A DNA stretch of 64,000 nt from Hemiscyllium ocellatum (Eukaryota). The position numbers and the translations under genes were made by a program. The stretch spans positions 2,480,001 through 2,544,000 of the forward strand of contig NW_026867487.1 of assembly GCF_020745735.1 (NCBI RefSeq), written 5' to 3'. Positions 12,095 to 25,650 of this stretch are shown here, piece by piece. The notes below the pieces were generated by a model. That model worked only from the letters and a program-made list of their open reading frames with translations. It was not told where the DNA came from and did no database searches. Position 1 is the first letter of the stretch; each line of letters begins with the position of its first letter.

Positions 12095-12358
12095 TAACAG
12101 ACATAGAACAAAGAACAGAACATAGAACAATACAGCACAGAACAGGCCCTTCGGCCCACGATGTTGTGCCGAACATTTGTCCTACCTTAAACACCTATCT
12201 ATGTAACTATCCAATTGCCGCTTAAAGGTCACCAATGATTCTGACTCTGCCACTCCCACAGGTAGCGCATTCCATGCCCCCACCACTCTCTGGGTAAAGA
12301 ACCTATCCCTGACATCCCCCCTATACATTCCACCCTTCACCTTAAATTTCTGTCCCCT
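12095..12358 (-). mobile_element. CR1 LINE 3' end fragment
   Basis: FFTQRVVGAWNALP motif (ORF 12182-12469) and a CATAGAACA microsatellite tail. Confidence 0.85.
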
Positions 12359-13804
12359 ACAGTTCCAGACGATAAAATTCTCTGTGCAATAGTCCAATTT
12401 CCTCTCTGTACCTTCCTCGTGGACATGTCTCACAGGAGAATCTGAATGTTCATTGCAGGCTCTGTCCATTCTGATGTGAGGTGAAAACCATGATGTTAGA
12501 GGTCTTTTGCAATGAGTTTCAGTTCTGCCAGTCTGTCACCTTTCAGTAAATATATACCTGTTTGTTGGAGCAAAGAATAAAATCAGAATTTGATTTTCAT
12601 ATCAGTATCAATGAACCTATTCCTTTTAGTAACCAAGTCCCTCTGGGAGGTCCCCCTGCTCAGATTAAACCTGACTGTGATCTCTGAGAGGAAGTGGAAG
12701 GAGAAGAAACTAATCTTGATGTTATCACTGAGTTTCGGACATCTGTTACATATTAATCATAAACAATCATTGTGCTGCTAGAAAGCGGGAGCAGTTCCTT
12801 GAGAGGTTTATGAAGCTTTCAATCTATCTTCAGTCTTAAAAATACAAATCACATCAACTTTTTGCTCGTTCTCTGACCCTGTTCCCTTTACTTGAATTTA
12901 TAAACATATATTTGTTGTAGTGTATTCTTATCATTTCTGTAACTCCTTCAGAAATCTAACAGAAACATGTCAACCAAAAATATCACAAAGTGCAGTCAGC
13001 AAGGAATAAAAAAATGAAACTCTTAACCAACCAGATTGCATTCTTTGAAGAAGTACCAGAAAGTATCGACAAGATTAATGTACTCGATGTAATACATTTG
13101 GAGTTACAAAAGGTCTGTGAGATGACATGAAATTGCAAAGACCAAATGGTGTAAATCGAAGGACAACAACAGAATAGAAAACAAGTTGACTACAAAACAA
13201 AACCACGAATAGTGGCTAAAGGATGTTACTCAGATTGACAAAAGCTGGGAAGTGATATTCTACAAGGAACGGTGCTAGGAACACTGTTGTTCACCATTTA
13301 CAGAAACAACTCGAACTTAGGATTTGAAGAATATTTTGTTACTTCTGATCGTGTAATATGCTAATCAGACACAGCACACATCATCAAAGGAAGTGATGCT
13401 GCATCACATGACCTTGCTGTTGCTTCCACAACTTTGGGTAAAATGTTGATAGCACAGTCAGAGATTGGAAATAATTGTGGGTTTCAGAGTTAACACTGAA
13501 TCTACAGTTCCCTCGAATAGATTTCTGCCTGTAACTCATTCCTGGCTATCTGTTACTCTGTAAGTAAACCACCTAGAACCCCTCAATTGGATTTTTGTCA
13601 TTGTATACAGAAACCACCACAAAATAAAAATGTTGAGCTTGTGTAAAACACTGAGAGCACACACACACAGACACACACACACTCACTTTCACCCTTACAG
13701 CCAACAATGAGGCTGTTCAATGGTGTGCTTGTCTATATTGTTGGGGAAGTAGGGTACAACATTTAGGGAGTCTTGCTGTGATGATACAGGCATTTAGTGA
13801 GACA

Positions 13805-14029
13805 ACAGCCAACATGTGTGTGAGACTGAGTGCATGTAAGTGTGTGTGTTGAGAGTGTGAGTGGGGTTGTGTTTGAGAGTGTGTGTGTGTGAGATATAGA
13901 GTCAGTGTGTGAGAGAGAGTGAGTCAGTATGTGAGAAAAAGACATAGAGTGAGTGTGAGAGAGATAGAGCAAGTGAGTGTGTGACTGTGCGCGAGAGACG
14001 TTGTGAGTGTGAGTGTGAGTGGATATATG
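13805..14029 (+). repeat. (TG/GA)-rich simple repeat; similar sequence resumes at 19204-19270 on the far side of the Gypsy element
   Basis: Directly visible. Confidence 0.85.
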
Positions 14030-17000
14030 TGTTCTGAAGTTGAAAACATGTACTGTACCTTTAAGAAAACACTCTATCAAAGGGACCTTTTCATGTGAAA
14101 ATTTGCCAAGAATGTTTGGAAAGACAAAGGAAGGACATTCTTTTAGAAATAGCAAACAGGTTAGAGTTGGGTGTAACCAAGGACGAAAGTAAAGCTGAAA
14201 TTGTAATGGAGTTGGTCAAGCATTGAGGGGTATCAGAGAAACAGACAAGTGCAGTAGAGTTTGAAAAACTTCAATTACAATTGAGGCAAATGGAGTTAGA
14301 AGATAAAGAAATGGAATGAAGAGCCACGTTAGAGGAAAAAGAAAGGGAGAGAGGGACTTAGCTGAGCAAAGAGAAAAAGAAAGAGCAAAGGAGAGAGAAT
14401 CTGAACTTCCAAAGTTGTGAATTAGACAGGAAAGTCATGTTAACAGGATGCAGATGAAGAGAGAAGGTGGAGATGTGTACAAATATGTTAAAACATTGCC
14501 ACATTTTGATGAGAAAGATGAAGAAGCCTTCTTCATTTAATTTGAAAAATTGGCGAGGCCGATGGAGTGGTGAGAGAACTTGTGGGTAATGCTCGTTCAG
14601 ACTAAGCTGATAGGCAGAGCCAGTGAGGTGTATGCAGTGCTGTCAGATGAGGGGTCAAGATATTATGCAGATGTCAAAAAGGCTATTTTGAGTGTTTATG
14701 AATTGGTACCAGAAGCACATAGACAGCGGTTCAGAAACATAAAGAAGGAACCAGGTCAGACTGTGTTGATTTGAAGATTTAAACATAGTAATTTTAGATG
14801 GGTGCTGACCTTAAAAATAGATAAGATATGTGAGGCACTAAGAGAGCTTATGCTGCCTGAGGAGTTTAAAAACCCACTTCCAAAGATGATAGGAATTCAC
14901 GAGGATGAACAGAAAGTTGAAGAAGTGAGAAGGGTGACAGAGATAGCAGATCAGTATACGAGAGTGCACAAGGTGAAATTTAGCTTGCGAAAGGAATTTC
15001 ATCCTGTACGGGATAGAAATTGGAAGAAGGGAGATCCTTTACTACAAAACAAAGCAGAGTGGGAATAGTTTACCACAGGTTAAAAAAGAAGCCCAAGGGG
15101 GTGGAAAGGAGGTGAAAGGTGTTTTCACAGTAATGGACTTGCATACATAAAATTACAGCGCCGGTGGTTTAAGAAAGGCACCGGGAAAAGGTGTTTTCAC
15201 TGCCAGAAGGTGGGACACATAAGATCACAGTGCTGGTCGTTGAAGAAAAGATGTGGTGAAAGAGGCTAAGCCAGTGGGATTAATGACAGTCGTAAAGGAA
15301 ATACCAAGAAAAGTTGAGGAGCTGCAGGGAAGTGCACAGCCCCGAGGCAGGGGCTGGTTACTGAGTTAGTGCCTGATCGCTATAAAGACTTCACCTCTGT
15401 GGGTAAAGTTTACTCAGGCAAAACAGTTGGGGGGTGGGGAGACAGGAAAGATGTTACAATTTGGAGAGATGTGGGAGCTAATCAGTCTCTAATAGTAAGA
15501 GATGAAAGTATTTGCACTCTTTCTGATATGTTATTTGAGAAAGTGGTAATTTGTGAAATAGATGGACAGAAAGTTAGCGTTTCCCTTGTGTAAGATCAGG
15601 TTGAAGAGCAAAATCTGAAGTAATAGTGGGAGTGACTGACAGAGGGTCAGTTCCAGGAAACAGTTTGTTCTTGAGAGCGATTTAAAAAACAAATACCCTG
15701 TGTAGGAGGATCCCGCTATCATAAGTCACAGCAACAAGCAAAAACTGAAGAGAAAGAAGGAGTTGAGGTTCAGTTCACGGACACTCTGTTTGATGTAAAG
15801 GTGCAGGAAAATCCTGGACAGGCAGAGGGTCAGGCGGAAGTGTTTCGCCCTGAAAGGCTAATGGACTTACAACAGAAAGATGAGACAATAAAAGATTTTT
15901 TTTATTGATGCCTACTCAGAAAGGGAATCAGAATGTATTCCCAAAGTTTATTATCTTAAAGATACAATCCTCAGATGAAAATGGAGACCATGGCAGGTTA
16001 GTGCAGAGGAGAAATGGGTGGAAGTGCATGAGATTGTGTTGCCAGTAGCATACAGACAGGAAGTGTTATGGGTAGCACATAAGTTACCTGTAGGAGGTCA
16101 TCTGTTGGCTTGGACTGCACAAGGATGTGGTTAAATCTCGCTCTACATGCCATATGTGCCAAATGGTAGGTAAGCCACAGGAAGTAATAAAAACAGCACC
16201 TTTGTAGCCAATTCCCACATTCAAAGAGCTGCTCACACAGGTTATGATTGATTGTGTAGGTCCACTCCCAAAAACTATAAGTGGGAACCAGTACTTGCTA
16301 ACCATAATGAATATGTCTACCAGATTTCTGGTGACAATTCCATGCCAGAGTATTAAGGCCGAAAGGTTGGTGGAGGAGTTGGTAGTTTTCTTTACCCAAT
16401 ATGGGCTACTCCAAGAGATTCAGTCACACCAAGGGTCTAATTTTACTGCTGGGCTGTTTACGGAAGTCATGGATAGCTTAGGTGGAGAGCACTTTAAATC
16501 AAGTGCGTGCCATCTTGAATCCCAGGGAGCTTTGGAAAGGTGGCACCAGACCCTGGAGACCCTGAAGAGCATACTGTCATGAAAACTCAAGTAATTAGAA
16601 TAAAGGTTTCCCATTTGTATTGTTTGCCCCAAATGAATCTACTCAGTTTATTCCCTTTGAATTAATATTCAGACATGAAGTGAGAGGGCATTTGAAATTA
16701 ATTTTTAAAAAAATTGATAGGACTGAAGTCAGAGATCACACCCTGAGATTATGTATCTGAGGTGAGGGAGAGATTCGGTTGGGTAGGTGAGTTAGCTAAA
16801 CAGCTAACAGCTGAAGGGGGCACAGCATAGAATGAAGCAAGTGGCAAATAAAGTCTCTAAAGCTTGGATGTTTTCCCATGGGAATGATGTATTAATATTA
16901 GTGTTACCAGATCCCTTCAAAGCCAGTTTGAGTGGTCCCTATCAAATTGAGAAAAACTTGTGTGAGGTAAACTATCTGGTAAAAAAAACACTGTATCGAC

Positions 17001-19203
17001 TATGTCATGTGAACATGTTGAAACCTTACTATAATGGAGACAGGGAACTGGAGAAATAGATGTTAGTTACCACCCCCCACAGTGAGGAATCAAATCCAGA
17101 TATCGTGGAGTTTGATGTGTCTCAAAATACGTTAAATAATGAGGTCGTCCTCAAGGAATGGAATAGGTTAGTGAGTTACCTGTCTCAGGAGCAAAGAACT
17201 AAGTTAAAAGTTTGTTGCAGCAGTATGAGGACATATGCAGGAATAAGATGGGGAGGACCAATACTATTGTGCATGTGGTATAAGTCGAGAATGCTGTGCT
17301 GATAAAACAACACCCCTACAGACTTAATCCTCTCAAAGCCACACAGGTCCAGAAGGAAGTGGATGAGATGCTCACCGAAAATCTCATCGAACCGAGCCAG
17401 AGTGAGTGAAGTTCACCGATCATGTTAGTTCCCAAACCTGATGGGACTCAACACTTTTGCGTGGACTATCAGCAGGTCAATGCCATAACAAAACCAAGAC
17501 TGGAGAGCTGTTTGGAGAAAGTTGGCCAAGCCACTTACATGATGAAGTTGGACTTACTGTGTGGTTATGAGCAGGTACCTTTATCAGAGAAAGCCAAAGA
17601 AATTTCTGCGTTTGTAATCCCAAACGGACTGTATCAATTCAAAGTGATGCCCTTTGGAATGATGAATGCACCAGCCACATTCCAAAGACTGATGAGCAAA
17701 GTTGTGGCCGGATTAACAAACTGTGCAGTTTATCTGGATGATGTAGTGATCTTTAGCGAGTCATGGAAAGAGCTCTTTAAACGATTGCGAAAAGCAAGAT
17801 TAGTAATAAAATTAAGAAAACAGAATTCACGAAGGCAGAGGTGATGTTCCTGGGACATAACATTGGTCATGGAAGGTACATCTCAAGGAAAGCAAAGACA
17901 TAGACTATCGAGGAATTTCCGCAGCCGTCCTCGAAGAAAGAGGTGCTTCCATTTTTGAGACTAAGTGGAATTTTGTGAGAAGTTTGTTCCAAACTTCAGC
18001 AGTGTGGTGGTCCCACTAAGAGATTTACTAAGGAAGAACACAAAATTCCATTGGACAGAACAATGTCAGGAGGCATTTGAGAATTGAAAGGCAGTTTTAA
18101 TCACCACATCAGTTGCAGTTACACCAAAGTTTTTGAAACCCATCAAAGTTGCAATTGATGCTAGCAGTATAGGAGTTGAAGCTGTACTGCTACAGGAAGA
18201 TGATGATGGATTGAATGGCCAATTGGCTACTTTTCAAAGAAACTCAGCACCCACCAGAGAAAATGCCATACCATTGAAAAAGATTTCTTGAGTTTGGTGC
18301 TGGCCTCACAACATTTTAATGTTTATGTGATGAACAATGTGTTGGAGACGGTTGGGAACATGGACCACAATCCTCTTACATTCTTGGAAAGATTTAAAGA
18401 CAATGTTATGAGACTATTTTGTTGAAGTCTTATGTTACAGACTTTTAAATTACAAATTGTACATGTTGCAGGTCGTAAATCTGTGATAGCAGATGTATTA
18501 CTGCGGGTTTAAAGGAAAACATTTCGGTAAGGTTTGTCTGATTCCATATGTGTGCAGAAATTTATCTGGAAAGTATAACTTAGATTAATGACATATATGT
18601 TTCACAGTAATGGGATTCAGAATTAGACCTTTTCATTATGATGGTTCATTTTTTATTAAGGAGAGATGTGTTATGAAATTGCAGGGGCGCACTGTACCTT
18701 TAAGAGAGAGAGAGAGAGAGAGAGAGCAACTGCTGTAGAGTGAAGAAACTCATGGAGAGCTAATTGCCCATCTAACACCTTGCTCTCAAATAAATTAGAA
18801 AACACTTTGTATCAAAGGGGCCTTTTCATGTGAGATATATGCGCAGTAAAAAGAAAGAAGACGCCCAGGGAAATCAGCAGCTGGAAGAGTGAAGACACAG
18901 AAGAAGACGGCGACTGTGTGGTTTTGAAATTAAGTCGATGTAATTTTAATAAATGTCTGATTGGACGGTATATTGTTATAGAGTTGGAGGCAGATAGTAA
19001 GCTGTTGAAAGAAAGTGGGGTTTATAGTTGTGAATAGTTGTTGTTTAATGCTCACTTTTAGAGTTAAAAAATAAATTGATATTATTTTCTCTAAATAGTG
19101 TAATTTGGCAGTTCTCTGTCACTCATATTTTAACAAGGTGAGGTGAGTTTTTCTGGGTGTTTGGTTTTATTAACAGAGGGGGGTTCAACTCCATGGTGTA
19201 ACA
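14030..19203 (+). mobile_element. Second decayed Gmr1-like Gypsy element with remnant 5' LTR and full 3' LTR
   Basis: SCAN-like gag (KKAILSVYELVPEAHRQRF), knuckle CFHCQKVGHIRSQCW, integrase core (IDCVGPLPKT...SHQGSNFT...LERWHQTL) at 16244, RT (VPKPDGTQHFCVDY, YLDDVVIFS) at 17422, RNaseH ~18150-18490. IN precedes RT. Confidence 0.9.
18669..19203 (+). repeat. 3' LTR (TGTTA...TAACA) preceded by a purine tract
   Basis: Terminal inverted pentamers; shares ACTGTACCTTTAAG and AAAACACT..TATCAAAGGG.CCTTTTCATGTGA with 14054-14097; ends could shift by 2 bp. Confidence 0.8.
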
Positions 19204-19549
19204 CATGTGTGAGATAGGTATGTTTGTGAGTGAATGTTAGTGTTCATGGCTGTGAGTGTGAGACTGTGAATGGAGTATGAACAAGGGATAGGTCATTGTA
19301 CCTTCAGGACTGTATAAAATTGAATATGATTCAATAACTCAATATCCTTGTCTTCACTGATGGTATATCTCCCTGGATATCAAACCTGAAGCATTTGAAT
19401 AACATTGTTTGAAGAATTTATTTGAGACATTTAATTCGGTGAGCTCAACCAAATTGAACCAATTTAACATTTTCTAAATGCTCTTTTCCAACTTTGAAGA
19501 TTGTGCCTTCAGGTCAATGTTTCTCTTAACTCAGCAGCCTGTAAATATT

Positions 19550-19825
19550 CAGTATCAGCACATCAATAACTGGAATATCAGATGGAGCCAGAGTTAACCT
19601 GTTTGTTTTAAACTTTAACCAAAGCTTGGCAGGTACCTGCCTGTCCTTATTAAATGTTGCACTCTCCAAGGCAACACCTCTGTCAGTCAGAGTTTATTTG
19701 CCAACCACTCAGCATTCTCCTGTCATATAGTATCCAATGTTGTTTTCCCTTTGGTATCTCTTGTGAATTGTCCTGATGAGTTCTGGATGACAAGCGTTAA
19801 CAAAATGTGTCTCTTTCTGCAGCAC
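19550..19825 (+). mobile_element. Probable Penelope-like terminal-repeat remnant with a decayed hammerhead core (third family)
   Basis: TGTC-CTGATGA-GTT...GACAAGCGTT-AACA at 19769-19802; the GAAA motif is mutated; family assignment is from recalled resemblance only. Confidence 0.4.
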
Positions 19826-19999
19826 TCACATTATGTGTTTATTGATGAACACTTGGTGAATGGATGGATATTTTTATTTCATGTTTAGTGTATAGAAAGC
19901 ATACCACTGGTCAGATTGGGAGCTGGATGCATTAATTAACTGTGTGTTGTGACCCATGGAGAAGTGGGATCAGAAAGACAGTACACTTTTCTCATCTCA

Positions 20000-21250
20000 G
20001 TCATAACATAAAACAGGAGGCTCCCCGTGGGATACCCGATGCTAAATACATGTCAGTGGAAGTAAGGGAATAATAATTGGTAAAAGGTAAATGGCTTTGG
20101 TAGTTACAGAAACTTTCCTAGAGAGGGACATTTTATCCCTGAGTGATCGACAAAACATAACCAAAGCCAGGCTGTTAGAATTGGTGAGGAAGTGGAAGTT
20201 AGGATTAAAAGCAGGAACAAGTAAAGCAGACATAATTGGGAGAATAGCAGAGCATTTGAAACTGGAAAAGAAGCAAACTGATACAACAGGCGAGTGAACT
20301 GAGTTATCGAGACTTCAGTTGTTGATGGAGCAGCTTGAACAAGAAAATGAAATGGGGGAACTCAAGTTTCAAATGAGGAAAAAGGAAAACAAACAGACAA
20401 CACATGAGTACTTCAGAGAGAAGAAAGAGAGAGAGAGAGAGAGAATTATAAGAAATGAAACTGGAGCATTGACATACAGAGGGATCTGGGCATTCAGGTG
20501 GATGAGGTGGTCAAGAAGGCATACACCACATTTTCCTTCATTGGCTGGAGCACCGAATATAAACGTTGGCAAGTTATGTTACAGCTGAACGAAGCTTTAG
20601 TTATGCTACATTTGAAATATTTCATGGGGGTCTACTCTCTACACGACCAGAAGTACGTGGATGCTTCGGAAGGAGGTGCAGAGAAGGTTTACTGTGACAT
20701 TGCCTGACCTGGAGAGGTTTGGTTATGAGGAGACGTTGGATAAACTCAGATTTGTTTCACTGGAACAATGGAGCCTGAGGGATGTCCTGATCGAGTTCTA
20801 CAAAATTATGAGAAGCGTAAATAGACAGAGGCTGGAATTTTAGGTGCAGGAGAAAGAGAGCGAATGAGCATTGAAAAGTGAAACAGGAGAAAGGAAAGGG
20901 AATGTGAAAAGGAATACTGGGTTAGAAAGCTGGAATGGAGAAAGAGGATGGCTGAGACTCTGAGGAGGTTTCCAGCGCGGAAACATCTAGATTCAACCCA
21001 AGAGCCAGTGGGAAGATTTTTAAATTGGTGAAAGCCTTTCTGGGCTTTGATGAAAGGGACATAGAGGCATTTAAAAATTTTTTTTGAACGGACAAACAGA
21101 CGATGTGGCCAAAAAAAAAAGTGGGCATTGCTTGTACAAAAGCCTTGCTTTCTGAAGAGGCTTCTGTAGATATTGAGGTGACAAAAAGGACTATTTTCAT
21201 ACACAGGAGTTTGTCTCAGAGGCTGACAGGCAGCTATTTCTGGAATACCC
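20000..21250 (+). mobile_element. Third Gypsy (Gmr1-like) gag fragment interrupted by a CR1 piece at ~20470-20830
   Basis: TAACA plus a PBS-like sequence near 20010-20035; gag N-terminus ITKARLLELVRKWKLG; SCAN-like remnant ~21040-21235; CR1 peptide WQVMLQLNEALVMLHLKY in the insert. Confidence 0.7.
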
Positions 21251-22412
21251 AGAAGCAGTCTGGACAAACTTAGAGAGAATTTGAGAGATGATTTGACTGG
21301 AGTGAAAGTAGCAGCTTCTCTAATTGTCACCGAAAGCTCAGTGAGGTCAAGGAGGTGGAGCTGGAACAGGAAAGGGATCCAAGAATTTATCCCTGATGTG
21401 TAATAAGCACATTCTTACTTGCCAGTTCTTCCCAGGGATGTTGTGTAGATTTGTAACACCATATATGTGAGATCATTGGAAAGCCAAAATTTGAATCAAA
21501 CTATAAACATTTCATTGTCATTCTGTTTTTCAGGAATCCTATAGCAGGGTGTTAGTGGATTGTGTGAGATGTTTATTGAAAACAAAAGCAGGATACCAGT
21601 ATATCCTTACTCCCGTGGATATCTATGGTTCTACTGTTCCCAGAGACCATGCCCTTGGGAACAATTACTGTTAATACAGTGATAGAGAGGGGGACTCAGT
21701 GCTTCACTTGATATTGTGATGAAGGCCATGATAGATAAAGAAGAGCGTTGTCATGGTAATGTCACTAAAGTGAAATCCAGAACTTCAAGCTCATGTTCTG
21801 AGGAGATGGGCATGAGTCCTACTCTGGCAGATGGTGAAATTCAATAAAAATCTGGAATAAAAAGCTGGCTTAATGGTGACCATGCAATGATTCCCGTAAA
21901 AACCCATCTGGTTTCCTTAAGGGGAGGTACATCTGCCATCCTTACCTGGTCGGGTCTGCACCTGATTCCAGATCCACAGCATCCTGGTTCACTCTGAACT
22001 ACCTTCCGGACAAGTCGGGACGGGCAATAAATGCTGGCCTTGTCAGTTCATCCCAAATCCTAAGCAGAAACAAAACCAATATTATTCATATTGTTTGGAA
22101 CCCTGGGCTCTGGAGTAGAGAGAACATGTACAGCTCTGTGTTTGATCTGTATTGGTGTTAAGAGGAAAAGGATATAGTTTCAGTTTCATTCCTGAGCCCC
22201 ATGAGTTGCACTGCATGGTCTGGTGTTTAATTTATATGCTCCTAAACAAGGTCTTTAAAACACCTGAGGTGAACAGTGTAGTCCATTAGAAACAGAGAGA
22301 AAAGTGAATAATAATCTGCTGTTTCTGACAAATAAGGAGTCCTGTGACTCAGGCTGCAGAAAGACAGAACCATCCAGAACTTCAGGAAGAGAGTGTACAG
22401 TTTCCATCAGAG

Positions 22413-23390
22413 AGAAGCATAGAGTCAGAGAGATGTACAGCACGGAAACAGACCCTTCGGTCCAACTCGTCCATGCCGATCAGATCTCCTAACCTAATCT
22501 AGTCCCACCTGGCAGCACCCAACCCATATCCCTCCCAACCCTTCCTGTTCATGTACCCATCCAGATGCCTTTTAAATGCTGTAATTGTACCAGCCTCCAT
22601 CACATCCTCTGGCAGCTCATTCCATACACGGACCACCCTCTGCATGAAAACATTGCCCTTTAGGTCCCTTCTATATCTTTGCCTTCTCACCCTAAACCTA
22701 TGCCATCTAGTATGTACTTCCCCACCCCAGGGAAAATACTTTGTCTATTTATCCTATCCATGCCCCTCATGATTTTATAAATGTTCATAAGGTCACCCCT
22801 CAGCCTCTGATGCTCCAGACCCAGCTTATTTAACCTCTTCCAACAGCTCAAATCCTCCAACCCTGGCAACATCCTTGTAAATCTTTTGTGAACCCTTTCA
22901 AGCTTCACAACATCCTTCCGATAGGATGGAGACCAGAATTGCACACAATATTCCAAGACTGGCCCAACTAGTGTCCTGTACAACTGCAACATGACCTCCC
23001 AACTCCTGTACTCAATACTCTGAACAATAAAGGAAAGCATACCAAACGCTGCCTTCACTGTCCTATCAACCTGCGACTCCACTTTCAAGGAGCTATGAAC
23101 CTGCAAGGTCTTTTTGTTCAGCAACACTCCCTAGGACCTTACCATTAAGTGTATAAGTCCTGATCTGATTTGCTTTCCCAAAGTGCAGCACCTCGCATTT
23201 ATCTAAGTTAAACTCCATCTGCCACTTCTCAGCCCATTGGCCCATCTGGTCCCGATCCTGTTGTAATCTGAGGTAACCCTCTTCACTGTCCACTGCACCT
23301 CCAATTTTGGTATCATCTGCAAACTTACTAACTATACCTCTTATGCTCACATCCAAATCATTTATATAAATGCTGAAAATCAGGTCATGA
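22413..23390 (-). mobile_element. CR1 LINE ORF2 C-terminal part and 3' end
   Basis: SKFADDTKIGG, WQMEFNLDKCEVLHFG, YRTLVGPVLEYCVQFWSP, FMQRVVRVWNELP. Confidence 0.92.
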
Positions 23391-23659
23391 AAAGAGGAAC
23401 AGCCTGTAATGTTAGTACGGAAATAAGAGCAGGAGCCAGTTCTGTGTTTCTAGTTCATGGCTGGTCATCTACCTCAATGCCACATTCCCCGGGATCTCCT
23501 TATCCCTTGATGACATCAGTAACTAGAAATCCATCAATCTCTCTCTGGAACTGAATTAATGTCTGAGCTTTCACAGCCTCTGGGGCAGAGAATTCCAAAG
23601 ATTCATTCCCCTCTGAGTGAAGGCGCTCCTCCTAAACTCAGTCCTAAAAGGTTTGTATT

Positions 23660-24600
23660 GTATTCTGAGGTGTGTCTCCTGGTTCTGGTGGAGGCCAGAG
23701 AAGGTTCACTGCACTTACTCTGGGTATGGAGGGACTGCCTTATAAGGAGAGGTTGAGGAAGTTGGGCTTGTATACTCATTGGATCTTATTGAAACAAACA
23801 GGATTCTTAGGGGACTTGAGAGTATAGATATGGAGCATTGTTTCCCCTTGTGGGAGAGTCAGGGACCAGGGGGCATAATCTCCAGAAGATGTAGCAGCAG
23901 AAGGAGACCATTCAGCCCATCAAGTCTACTCTGCCATTCAATCAGGTCACGGCTGTTCTATTCATCCTAAACTCAAATAAAGAGTCACACATTTCAGATA
24001 GAGATGGGGAGGAATCTCTTCTTTCAGATGACAGTGACTCTCGGTGTTTCTTTGCCACACACAGGACTGTTCAGGTTGGGCCATTAAACCCTGAAGGCTG
24101 CGATAGACAGATTTTTAATCAGTATGAAAATTGTGTGTTATGGGGAAAAGGCAGGAAAGTGGAGTTGAGGATGTGCTCATGAATAACAGAACAGACTCAA
24201 TGGGCTGAATGGCCTGTTTCTGCCCCACTGTCTTATGGGGTTATTGGTCAGTGCATTGAATACAGGAGTTAGGGACGTCATGTTGCAGCTGGACAGGACT
24301 TTCTTGAGGCCACATTCAGAAAACTGCATTCAATTCTGATCTTCCTGCTACAGGAATCATACGATCATGAGGGGCATGAATAGGATGAATTAACAAGGTC
24401 TTTTTTCCCAAGGTTGCACAGTCCAAAACTATAGGGCATAGGTTTAAGATGAGAGGGAAAGACTTAAAAGGGCTCTGAGGGGCAACTTTTTCACACAGAG
24501 GGTGATACGTGTGTGGAAAGAGCTGCCAGAGGAAGTGGTGGAGGCTGGTACAATTATAACATTGAAAAAGCATTTGGATGGGTATATGAATAGGATTATG
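23660..24600 (+). mobile_element. Two CR1 3' fragments
   Basis: DLIETNRILRGL and RVWKELPEEVVEAGTI motifs. Confidence 0.75.
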
Positions 24601-24609
24601 TTGAATCCG

Positions 24610-25650
24610 TGCTCAAACTTAACAAGATTTAGACAACACCCAGGCTTGGGCAAACAAGTGGCAAGTAACATTCATGCCACACAAATGCCAGACAATGGCC
24701 ATCACCAACAGGAGAAACTCTAACCACCGTCCCTTAACATTTAACGGTATTACCATCACTGAATCCCCCACTGTCAACACCCTTGGGGTTACTGTTGACC
24801 AGAAACTCATCTGGATTCACTACATAAACACAGTTACTCCAAGAGCAGGTCAGAGACTAGGGATACTGTAGCGAGTAACTCACCTCCTGATACCCCAAGG
24901 TCTTTACACCATCTGCAAGGTACAAGTCAGGAGTGTGATGGAATACTCCCCACTTGCCTGGATGGGGGCAACTCAAACAACACTCAAGAAGCTTGACACC
25001 ATCCAGGACAAAGCAAGCCGCTTGATTGGCCCCACATCTACAAACATTCAATCCCTCCACCACCAGCACTCAGTAGCAGCAGTGTGTACTATCTACCAGA
25101 TGCATGGCAGAAATTCACCAAGGATCTTTCAACAGCATCTTTCTAACCCACGACCACTTCCATCTCGAATGACAAGGGTCAAGTGTCATGCTGGAAAAGC
25201 ACAGCAGGTGAGGCAGCATCCAAGGGGCAGGCGAATCAACGTTTTGGGCATAAGCCCTTCATCAGGAATGATCGAAACATCGATTCTCCTGCACCTCGGA
25301 TGCTGCCTGACCTGCTGTGCTTTTCCAGCACCACACTCTCGACTCTGATCTCCAGCATCTGCAGTCCTCACTTTCTTCCAGAAGGATAAGAGCAGGAGGT
25401 ACTTGGGAACAGTACCACTTGCAAGTTCCCCTCCAAGCCACTCACCACCCTGACTTGGAAGTATACTGCCATTCCTTCACAGTTGTTGGGTTGAAATCCT
25501 GGAATTCCCTCCCTACCGGCTTTGTGAGTCAACCCACAGCAAGTGGACTGCAGCGATTCAAGAAGGCAGCTCACCACCGCCTTCCCAAGGGCAAATAGGG
25601 ATGGACTATCAGAGCTGGCCAGCCAGCAACGCCCAAGTCCCACAGATGTA
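24610..25650 (+). mobile_element. L2/CR1-superfamily LINE, RT C-terminus to 3' UTR, interrupted by a family A element
   Basis: KWQVTFMPHKCQTM...LGVTVDQKL...QRLGIL; MEYSPLAW...LDTIQDKA. Related fragments at ~46000-46235 and ~54150-54530. Confidence 0.8.
25189..25377. mobile_element. Palindromic family A element; minus-strand hammerhead core inactivated
   Basis: Arms 25189-25245 and 25273-25330 are inverted; the minus strand reads CTGATGA-A-GGGC-TTAT-GCCC-AAAA-CGTT (G12 changed to A). Confidence 0.85.
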
